64,000 bases of DNA from the NCBI GenBank assembly GCA_963779435.1, contig CAVZYL010000026.1, positions 19,779 through 83,778 on the forward strand, written 5' to 3'. Under the pieces are notes generated by a model. That model was given only the letters and a program-made list of their open reading frames with translations, was not told the origin of the DNA and did not search any database. The position numbers and the translations under genes were made by a program. Of this stretch, positions 12,047-19,485 are shown in pieces; the stretch's first letter is position 1, and each line of letters begins with the position of its first letter. This DNA is from an uncultured beta proteobacterium. Its GTDB lineage: Bacteria; Pseudomonadota; Gammaproteobacteria; Burkholderiales; Burkholderiaceae_C.

Positions 12047-12126
12047 GGATCCTTCGCTTGCATGGGGGACATCCCCTGGCAGCCATGATGCGAGGCCAAC
12101 GCCGGCAACCGCCCCCCAACTGACCC

Positions 12127-12144
12127 ACAGATGGCTTACAGATG
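12127..12144 (+). promoter_or_regulatory. Direct heptamer repeat ACAGATG-N4-ACAGATG (11-nt period), candidate SARP-type operator
   Basis: Exact 7-mer copies sit at 12127-12133 and 12138-12144, in the 159-nt divergent intergenic region between the lipoprotein (12046) and the STAND-SARP regulator (12206). A weak third copy (CCAACTG, 4/7 matches) lies one period upstream. Confidence 0.3.
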
Positions 12145-12205
12145 CGGCCGCGACGGCCCGCCGGCACGCGCGGCAGGCTCTGGGGTGGCACCATTGCCCA
12201 TACCG

Positions 12206-15200
12206 ATGTCGCCCACCGCGCGCCCACCATCGACCACCGCGTTCGTCAAGACCACGCGCCCCGAGATCGCGGGCATCGTGGCCCGCGAAGCGCTGTTCGC
12301 GCGGCTCGACGGCACCAGCTCGCGGACCGTGGCCTGGATCACCGGGCCCGCGGGCAGCGGCAAGAGCACGCTGGCCGCGAGCTACGTCGCGGGGCGCAAC
12401 TACCGCGCCGCCTGGTACCAGGTCGACCGCGAAGACGACGACATCGAATCCTTCTTCCACTTCCTGGCCCATGCCGCCGAGAGAATCGGCGTGGCAACCG
12501 ATGCCTTGCCCGCGCTCGACGCCACGGCCCGCGGCGACCTGCCGGCTTATGCGCGGGCCTTCTTCCGGCGCCTGTTCGCCCAGGCCGGGGCCGGCGCGGC
12601 GCTGGTGATCGACAACCTGGACTGCAGCGACGAGCGCAGCCCGCTGCGGCGCTGCCTCGAGCATGGATTGACGCAGGTGCCGCGCCACTGCGCCGTGCTG
12701 GTCACCAGCCGCGACGAGCCACCGCCCGGGCTGGCGCGCCTGCGCGCCAACGGCGACATGGTCTGCCTCGGCGCCGACGAGCTGCGCCTGTCGCTGGCAG
12801 AAATGCAATCGCTGGCCGAGCGGCGCGGACGCCCGCTCGACGCCGCCGAGGCCGGTCGGATGCAGGCCCAGACCCAGGGCTGGGCGGCGGCCATCGTGCT
12901 GATGCTCGAGCACGCCAAGATGACCGGCGAATTCGCCATGCCGGCCGACGGTAGCACCCCCCCGGTGCTGTTCGACTACCTGGCCAGCGAGATTTTCGTT
13001 CGCTTCGATCCGGCCGCGCGCGAGGTGCTGTTGTCGATCGCCTGCGTGCCGCGCCTCACGGCCGAGATCGCCACCGCCCTCAGCGGCGACGCACGGGCCG
13101 CACGCCTGCTGCTCAACCTGTCGCACAACGACTATTTCGTGCGCGAGGTGCTCGCCGGCACCCAACGCGTCTACGCGATGCACCCGTTGTACCGCGAATT
13201 CCTGCTCCGCACCGCGGCGCGCGAACGGCCTGCGGCCGTGGCCCCGCAAGCCCTCGTGCGCGGCGCACAGTTGCTTGCGCAGGCCGGCTTGCACGACGAT
13301 GCGGTGGGTCTGTACGCACAGGCCGGTGACTGGCCGGCGATGGCTGGCCTGGTGGCCGAACAGGCCGACGCGCTGCTGGCCCAGGGCCGCCGCGCCACCT
13401 TGCTCGGCTGGCTCGAGCGTTTGCCGCCGGCGATCCTCGCGAGCGACGCCGCCCTGCTCTGCGCGGATGCCGCGTGCCGCCTGGGCGAGAGCCCGCGTGC
13501 CGCACGCCAACGCTTCGAGCAGGCTTGGCGGCTGGCCCGCGAACGCGCCGACGAGGGCACGCGGCGCCGCGCCTGCGCCGGCATCGTCGAGGCCATCGTC
13601 AGCGAGTTGGACGACCTCGCCGCGCTCGACCCCTGGCTGGCCGAACTGGCCACGCTTGCCGATGGCGCGCCTGGGGTCGCCCGCTCGGCGCTGATGTCGG
13701 CCCTGTTCCTGCGCGACCCGGGCGCAGCGGCATTCGTCGCCTGGTGCGCCGGCCCGCCGAGCGATGTGATCGACGTGGCGGCGCTCGCGTTGCACCGCGT
13801 TGCCAGCCTGTTGCGCGGCGACATGGCGGCCGCCGATGCCAGTGCACGCGCGCTGTCGGCGCTCGCCCCGAGCGGCGCGGACGCGAATGTGGCAGCGCTG
13901 ACCGAAGTGGCGTGGCACTGGCTCGACGGCAATCTGGAGCCGGCCTGGCGTGGTCTCGAGACACTGGACACCGGCACGCGCTCAACGGCCGCGCCGACGC
14001 CCTGGCCCACGATGCTGCGGGCCGCCATCGCCCTGGCGCGCGACGACGCACCCGCCGCCGCGCAGGCACTCGACGCGCTGGAAGGCCGCCTGCTGCGCCG
14101 CGGCGAGCGTGCGCTCTTGCACCTCTTGCACGGCGCGCTGGCGGCGGCGCGCCACGAGCCGGCACTGGCCTTGCGCGAGGCCCGCGGCGCACTGCATGTG
14201 GCGATCGAGGTCGGTGCGCCGTGGATCGAGGTGCTGGCGCGCCTGGCGCTGGCGCAGGCCGAGGCGCAGGCCGGGGACCACGTCGCGGCGCAGGCACAAC
14301 TGGCCGGCGCCGATGCGCTGGCCGAGCGCGTCGGCAGCCCGCTGCTGGCCGCCAGCCTGCGCCTCGTGCACGCCGTGATCGGCTTCGCGCGCGGCGACGA
14401 GGCCGGCGCGTCGGCCACGCTGCGGCAGGCCTTGGCCGGCCTGCGCGCGCTCGGCGCACGGCAGGTCATCGGCCTGGCGCCGGGCGCCTTGGCCGTGTTG
14501 CTGGCGCGGGCGCTGCGCGAAGGGATCGACGTCGACGTCGCGCAGGGGCTGGTGCGGCGCCTGGGCCTGCGCCCGCCGGCGCAGGCACGCCGCCTGCGGC
14601 GCTGGGCCTGGCGCTACGAGTTGTGCACGCTGGGCGGCTTCGAATTGCTGCGCGAGGGCCAACCGATCGAGTTCTCCGCCAAGGGTCCCGGGCGCCCGCT
14701 CGAGCTGCTCAAGGTGCTGGTGGCCTACGGTGGGCGCCACGTGCGCGTCGACGAACTCACCGATGCCCTGTGGCCGCATGTCGATGGCGACTACGCCTAC
14801 AAGTCCTTCACCGCCACGCTGCATCGTTTGCGCCGTCTGCTCGGCGACGACGAGGCGGTGCTGCTGCGCGAAGGCCGCCTGAGCCTGAACCCGGCGCAAT
14901 GCTGGATCGACGCCTGGGCCTTCGACCATCTGGTCGCCGAGGTCGACGCCTGCGCCGATGCGGCGGCGCCCGCATCGCAGGTACGCGCACTCGCGGGCGA
15001 ACTCGTCGCGCTCTATCGCGGCCCCTTCCTGCCCGACGAGAACGACCAGAGCGCCTACCTGGCGCGCCGCGAGCAACTGCGTGCCCGCCTGCTGCGCGCG
15101 TTGGGGCAGGCCTGGCCGAGCGACGGCGCGGAACACCCCGCGGCCGAGGTCGACGCCTGGGCCCGTTGCATCCAGGCCGATGAACTGCACGAGCCCTTCC

Positions 15201-15352
15201 ACCGCGAACTGATGCTGGCCTTGCACCGGCGCGGCGACACGTCGCGCGCCGCCGCCGCCTACCAGCACCTGTGCGCGCTGCTGGCCGCACGGCTGCACCT
15301 GCAGCCCTCGCCGGAAACGCAGGCCGTGTACCAGGACATCGTGGCTCGCTGA
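12206..15352 (+). CDS. MalT-like STAND NTPase regulator with C-terminal SARP module (winged helix + BTAD)
   Basis: Track ORF 12131..15352. I prefer ATG 12206 because codons 12131-12205 have poor GC3 and rare codons (aga, ata, ttg). The protein is 1048 aa. It has Walker A GPAGSGKST, Walker B ALVIDNLD, about 600 aa of Ala/Leu-rich helical repeats, an OmpR-like wHTH (YELCTLGGFELLREGQPIEF...RPLELLKVLVAYGGRHVRVDELTDALWP) and a BTAD (LVALYRGPFLPDE...HRELMLALHRRGDTSRAAAAYQHLCALLAARLHLQPSPETQAVYQDI). Confidence 0.75.
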   Translation: MSPTARPPSTTAFVKTTRPEIAGIVAREALFARLDGTSSRTVAWITGPAGSGKSTLAASYVAGRNYRAAWYQVDREDDDIESFFHFLAHAAERIGVATDALPALDATARGDLPAYARAFFRRLFAQAGAGAALVIDNLDCSDERSPLRRCLEHGLTQVPRHCAVLVTSRDEPPPGLARLRANGDMVCLGADELRLSLAEMQSLAERRGRPLDAAEAGRMQAQTQGWAAAIVLMLEHAKMTGEFAMPADGSTPPVLFDYLASEIFVRFDPAAREVLLSIACVPRLTAEIATALSGDARAARLLLNLSHNDYFVREVLAGTQRVYAMHPLYREFLLRTAARERPAAVAPQALVRGAQLLAQAGLHDDAVGLYAQAGDWPAMAGLVAEQADALLAQGRRATLLGWLERLPPAILASDAALLCADAACRLGESPRAARQRFEQAWRLARERADEGTRRRACAGIVEAIVSELDDLAALDPWLAELATLADGAPGVARSALMSALFLRDPGAAAFVAWCAGPPSDVIDVAALALHRVASLLRGDMAAADASARALSALAPSGADANVAALTEVAWHWLDGNLEPAWRGLETLDTGTRSTAAPTPWPTMLRAAIALARDDAPAAAQALDALEGRLLRRGERALLHLLHGALAAARHEPALALREARGALHVAIEVGAPWIEVLARLALAQAEAQAGDHVAAQAQLAGADALAERVGSPLLAASLRLVHAVIGFARGDEAGASATLRQALAGLRALGARQVIGLAPGALAVLLARALREGIDVDVAQGLVRRLGLRPPAQARRLRRWAWRYELCTLGGFELLREGQPIEFSAKGPGRPLELLKVLVAYGGRHVRVDELTDALWPHVDGDYAYKSFTATLHRLRRLLGDDEAVLLREGRLSLNPAQCWIDAWAFDHLVAEVDACADAAAPASQVRALAGELVALYRGPFLPDENDQSAYLARREQLRARLLRALGQAWPSDGAEHPAAEVDAWARCIQADELHEPFHRELMLALHRRGDTSRAAAAYQHLCALLAARLHLQPSPETQAVYQDIVAR

Positions 15353-15924
15353 TGCCGGGCGGCGAACGCATGACCCCTCTCGCGACCACTCCGAGCACTG
15401 GCGCAGCCCACGGCACCAGCGTGGTCGACGACAAATCCTGGCGGCGGGCGGCGACTCTGGCGCTCATCGCCTGCCTGGCGCTGGCACTGGGGCTTGTCGT
15501 CTACCTCGCGGACCGTGACGCGTCGCGCGCGATGTTGATTCCGAACGTCGCTGCTTTCGGGCATGGCAACTTGTTCGGTGCGCTCGGCCAGTGGTTGCCG
15601 AGCTTCGTTCACCCGTTTTCTTTCAGCCTGTTCACCGCGGCCGTGCTCGCCCCACGGCCCACACCGAGGTATGGGGCCTGCATTGCCTGGGGTGCGATCA
15701 ACGTCGGATTCGAAGTCGGGCAGCACCCGCTCGTCAGCGCGCGTTTGGCCGAGGCATTGCTGGGTCCACTCGCCGGGTTTCCGCTGATGGAACCGCTCGC
15801 CCGCTACTTCGTTCGCGGCACGTTCGATTGGGGCGACATTGCCGCAGCCATGTTGGGGATGTTCAGCGCCGCCGCGGTACTGCGTCTCGCACATCTTGAT
15901 CTGGAGGCCAGACATGCAAACTGA
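15352..15924 (+). CDS. Small integral membrane protein, weakly VanZ-like
   Basis: Track ORF 15271..15924. ATG 15352 overlaps the regulator stop (TGATG). The protein is 190 aa with about four hydrophobic helices. The segments FEVGQH...RGTFDWGDIAAAMLG resemble the VanZ E-x-x-Q ... R-x5-D-x3-N/A-x2-G pattern, at motif level only. Confidence 0.55.
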   Translation: MPGGERMTPLATTPSTGAAHGTSVVDDKSWRRAATLALIACLALALGLVVYLADRDASRAMLIPNVAAFGHGNLFGALGQWLPSFVHPFSFSLFTAAVLAPRPTPRYGACIAWGAINVGFEVGQHPLVSARLAEALLGPLAGFPLMEPLARYFVRGTFDWGDIAAAMLGMFSAAAVLRLAHLDLEARHAN

Positions 15925-16939
15925 ACGAACTGCCATCGTACCAACGGGGCGCAAGCTCATGCTGACGTGCGTGGTTGCGCTTGGACTTGTGTCCATTGTT
16001 GGCAGTGGGGGTGGAACAGACGGCTGCCTCTTCTTCGGCGGATGCCCTGGGGATTTTGACAATTTGCCGCCTCTTCAGAATGTCGAGCCCGGTTTTGCCA
16101 TCGTGCAGGTCGGCGGATCAGCGACCTTCACGGTTCTCGCCTCGGCAATCGAAAATCCAACCTATCAATGGTCACGGGGATCGATGAATGGACCCTCGGC
16201 AGCAATTCCTGGCGCCACCGGTGCGACGTACACGCTTGCAGGGGCGAACCTCTCCGACGATGGCGCGACATTTGCCGTCACCGTCCGCGGCAGCGTCAAC
16301 GGCGTACCATTCGTTGTCGATAGTTGGAACAGCGGGCAATTGGCCGTCTCGTCAATGCCACCGGTGGTGTTTCAGGACAGCGAGTTCCTGCCTGCCGATT
16401 GGTCGGTTGACTCCTATGCATTGCCTCCTGCGAACGGCCCGATGCACAGCGAACAACAAGTGGCGAGCGGTGGCAACCCGGGCCCCTACAGAAGCACGAC
16501 CATCGCGATGCCGGCGGGTCCGAGCAGGCTGGACGTGTTCGACACACTCACGTCGGCCGTGTACGACCCTGCGTCGCAGGGTCCGCTGTATATCGTCGAG
16601 TTCACGCAGGATTGCCTGACGTTGCCTGGAACGATGGGCGCTGGGCCGACCCTGCTGCTCGAACAGAACGGCCGTCGCTACATTGGCAGCGGACAGACGA
16701 CCTGCGGGGTTGGAGCGTGGAGCGGGCCTTCCTCCGTCCCGAGCTACTTCAATGAGCGGCACTTCTTCTGGGTCGACGGCCCTGCCTGTACTGCCGGAGA
16801 GATCTGCCCCGACTTCAGCGCCAGCGGGCAACCGATTCGCTTCGGGTTCGCCAACAGCAACCAGGGGTACTACGGGTTTGCCGGAGGTTCGGGTGGCTTC
16901 GGCATCGACAACTGGAAAGTCTCGGCGTGGCGGCGATAG
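15914..16939 (+). CDS. Secreted protein with an Ig-like domain and a C-terminal domain of unknown function
   Basis: Track ORF 15839..16939, trimmed to ATG 15914 (MQTERTAIVPTGRKLMLTCVVALGLVSIVGSGGG...), giving 341 aa. It overlaps the preceding gene by 11 nt. It has an Ig-like repeat signature (VGGSATFTVLASAIENPTYQWSRG...GATGATYTLAGANLSDDGATFAVTV). GC content is visibly lower than in the flanks. Confidence 0.6.
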   Translation: MQTERTAIVPTGRKLMLTCVVALGLVSIVGSGGGTDGCLFFGGCPGDFDNLPPLQNVEPGFAIVQVGGSATFTVLASAIENPTYQWSRGSMNGPSAAIPGATGATYTLAGANLSDDGATFAVTVRGSVNGVPFVVDSWNSGQLAVSSMPPVVFQDSEFLPADWSVDSYALPPANGPMHSEQQVASGGNPGPYRSTTIAMPAGPSRLDVFDTLTSAVYDPASQGPLYIVEFTQDCLTLPGTMGAGPTLLLEQNGRRYIGSGQTTCGVGAWSGPSSVPSYFNERHFFWVDGPACTAGEICPDFSASGQPIRFGFANSNQGYYGFAGGSGGFGIDNWKVSAWRR

Positions 16940-16973
16940 CGGCTCAGGTCGGCGCCGATTCCGCGCTGCAGAC

Positions 16974-17603
16974 TCAGGGCCGCGTCAGGCTCGCACGCAC
17001 TTCGCGCTCGTAGGCGGCCCAGATCTTCGCCAGCCCGAAGCGCAGCAAGTTGGGCGCGACGTATTCGCGCCGTGGCCAACCCGAGGGCGGCGGCGACTTC
17101 TCGCGCAGCCGCACCGTGAGCGCGATCTCGCTGCCCGCGCCATGCCCGATCACGGTGGCCGAGATGACCACGTCCAGCCCCTGTGGCTCGAAGTGCACGA
17201 AGTTCGCCGCCACGCCGACATGCGGCTTGATCACGCTTTGCAGGAACGGCGTGTCCAGCGCCGAGGCCTGCGCCCATTCGGCGTCGCTCAACGGACGCGG
17301 TGCCGGACCGACGCTGACCAGCAGGCCGAGATCAAGATCCTGGGCCTCGGTCTGCATGCCCAGGCCGGCCAGCGCAACGCGCAGAGCGACCAGCGCGTCA
17401 CGCCGCGGCAAGGCCACGCGACGGGTGCCGGCGTCGGCCAGGATGCGCTCGTATTCGGCCTGGAAGGCGGCATTCACCGCCCGGATGGCAGCGATCTTCT
17501 CGCTGTCGGTGGCGCAGCCCGTGAACAGCGTCGACAGCGCAAGCACGATCGCCGCAAGGCCCGCGAGCAGCATGGATCGGTGTTGGAGCGAATCGGTGTG
17601 CAT
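16974..17603 (-). CDS. Lipoprotein of unknown function, co-transcribed with the Ser/Thr kinase
   Basis: 209 aa with a signal peptide plus lipobox (AIVLALSTLFTG/C). Its ATG lies 3 nt after the kinase stop codon. Confidence 0.6.
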   Translation of the reverse strand: MHTDSLQHRSMLLAGLAAIVLALSTLFTGCATDSEKIAAIRAVNAAFQAEYERILADAGTRRVALPRRDALVALRVALAGLGMQTEAQDLDLGLLVSVGPAPRPLSDAEWAQASALDTPFLQSVIKPHVGVAANFVHFEPQGLDVVISATVIGHGAGSEIALTVRLREKSPPPSGWPRREYVAPNLLRFGLAKIWAAYEREVRASLTRP

Positions 17604-17606
17604 GGC

Positions 17607-19382
17607 CTAGCGCTGCTCTCGGCGCCAGTTTTGCACGAAGGCATCGGCCTGTGCAATCTCGGCCGGCTGCAGACGGCTCTTCACACGTTCGGCGGAGGCT
17701 CGCGCCGACGCCTGGCCATGTCGCAGCGCCAGGCTGTACCAGATATAGGCCTGCAGCGCATTCGGCACGTTGACGCGCCCCTCTTCAGCCATCAGGCCAA
17801 GCACCGCCATCGCCCGCGCGTTGCCCTCGTTGGCAGGCAAGCGCGCCAGGCGCTCGGCCGCTACGTTGTCACCGCGACGCAGCGCGTCGTCGGCAGCAGC
17901 CATCGGATCGATCGCCGGTGCGGGCGCAGGGACTGACGCCGATGGCGCGGGTGTCGCCGGCGGCGATGGCGCGACACCCGACGGCGCAGGGTTCGGTGCC
18001 GGTGCGCTCGCCGGCGGGCTCATTGGCGGACTGAGTGGCGGGCGCACCGCGCTCGCGGCGTCCGCGACCTTCAATGGCTTGACGATCGCCACGCCAGGCG
18101 TGCGCTGACGATCGGGGCTCGGCGCTACCGCCGGCGGCGGCGGTTTCGGCGCACTCGGCACTACCTCGACGGGCGGGGCGGACGCGATTGCGGCGAACGC
18201 ATCGATCGCCTGACTGGCGGCCGGGGCCGACGCACTGGGCGGACTTGTCGGTGGCGATGCAGGGGGCGGCGCCGTGCGTGGCCACATCAACCATGCACCA
18301 CCGGCCAGCGCAATTGCGCCGGCACTGAGCAAGACCGGCATTCCGATCGAACGCGCCGCTGCGGATGACTCGACTCCGGGTCCAGGGCCCGACACCGATG
18401 CCGTCGTCGCGGCAAGCGGTGCCTGCGGCACCGGGGCTGGGGCAACAGGCCGCGCCGGTGGCGGTGCGGCGGGCGGCCGCACCGACGCCGTGTTGCTGGT
18501 CAGCTCGCGCCGCCAATCGGCCATGCTCTGCGGCCGGTCGGCCTCGGCCAGTTGCAAGCCGTGATCGATGGCCGCCAACAGCGAGGCGCTGTAACGGCCC
18601 TGGCCGACGGTGGCGGCGGGCAAGAGCGTGTCAGCCGTGCTGCCCAGCCGACCACGCGCACGCAGCACGGCGTCGGGCGGCGCCGCGCCGGTGATCGCGC
18701 GGTATGCCGTGGCGGCCAGGCCGTAGATGTCGGTCCACGGCCCCTGTGTATCCGAGTCGCCGTGGTACTGCTCGAGCGGCGCGTAGCCCGGCGCCACCAG
18801 CACGGTCATCGACTGGCTGCGGCCGAGCGCATAACGCGCGGAGCCGAAGTCGAGCAGCACCGGGCTGCCATCGCTGCGGATGTGAATGTTCTCGGGCTTG
18901 ATGTCGCGGTGGATGAAGCCGGCCTCGTGCACCCGCTCCAGGCCGTCGAGCACCGGCAGCAGCACGCGCAGCAGCTCGTCCTGGCCGAGCGTGCCGCGGC
19001 GATCGAGCAGGGTGCCGAGGTTCTCGCCCTGCTCGAAACGCATCACCATGTAGGCGCTGTCGTTGGCCTCGAACACCGATTGCACGCGCACGATGTTCGG
19101 GTGGTCGAAGCGGGCCAGCGTGCGCGCCTCTTCGATGAAGCGGGCCAGGCCCCAGCGGTAACGCTCCTCGTGCGACGGCGTGCGCGGCCGCACGCTGGCG
19201 TCCGAGCGGCGCTGCGCGACGTCGGTCGGCAGGTACTCCTTGATCGCCACCGGCAGATCGAGGTTGTGGTCGTGCGCGAGGTAGGTGATGCCGAAGCCGC
19301 CCTGGCCGAGCACGCGTTCGAGTTCGTACCAATGCAGGCGGTAATGCGCAGGCAGTGCGTCCGGATAAGCCTCTTGGTTCAT
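17607..19382 (-). CDS. Hanks-type Ser/Thr protein kinase with a Pro/Ala-rich linker, one TM helix and C-terminal Sel1 repeats
   Basis: 591 aa. Kinase motifs are the glycine loop GQGGFGITY, VAIKE, the catalytic loop HRDIKPENI, DFGSAR and APGYAPLEQ. There is a TM segment (MPVLLSAGAIALAGGAWLMW). The Sel1-like C-terminus reads GNARAMAVLGLMAEEGRVNVPNALQAYIWYSLALRHG. Confidence 0.85.
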   Translation of the reverse strand: MNQEAYPDALPAHYRLHWYELERVLGQGGFGITYLAHDHNLDLPVAIKEYLPTDVAQRRSDASVRPRTPSHEERYRWGLARFIEEARTLARFDHPNIVRVQSVFEANDSAYMVMRFEQGENLGTLLDRRGTLGQDELLRVLLPVLDGLERVHEAGFIHRDIKPENIHIRSDGSPVLLDFGSARYALGRSQSMTVLVAPGYAPLEQYHGDSDTQGPWTDIYGLAATAYRAITGAAPPDAVLRARGRLGSTADTLLPAATVGQGRYSASLLAAIDHGLQLAEADRPQSMADWRRELTSNTASVRPPAAPPPARPVAPAPVPQAPLAATTASVSGPGPGVESSAAARSIGMPVLLSAGAIALAGGAWLMWPRTAPPPASPPTSPPSASAPAASQAIDAFAAIASAPPVEVVPSAPKPPPPAVAPSPDRQRTPGVAIVKPLKVADAASAVRPPLSPPMSPPASAPAPNPAPSGVAPSPPATPAPSASVPAPAPAIDPMAAADDALRRGDNVAAERLARLPANEGNARAMAVLGLMAEEGRVNVPNALQAYIWYSLALRHGQASARASAERVKSRLQPAEIAQADAFVQNWRREQR

Positions 19383-19485
19383 GGCTCCTCGCCGCCCGCC
19401 GGCCGGTCACGGCCTTGTCGGGCTCCCTCGGCGGCAAGCATAAGCGATGCTCGCTGCTTGCGCCGCGACGACCTCGCCGTCGCGC

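Noticed and set aside
12206-15352. STAND NTPase as an Avs/NLR-like antiviral sensor.
   Set aside because: It has no nuclease, protease, TIR or other effector domain. The N-terminal extension before the P-loop is only ~45 aa, and the output is a DNA-binding SARP module. A transcription regulator is the better reading.
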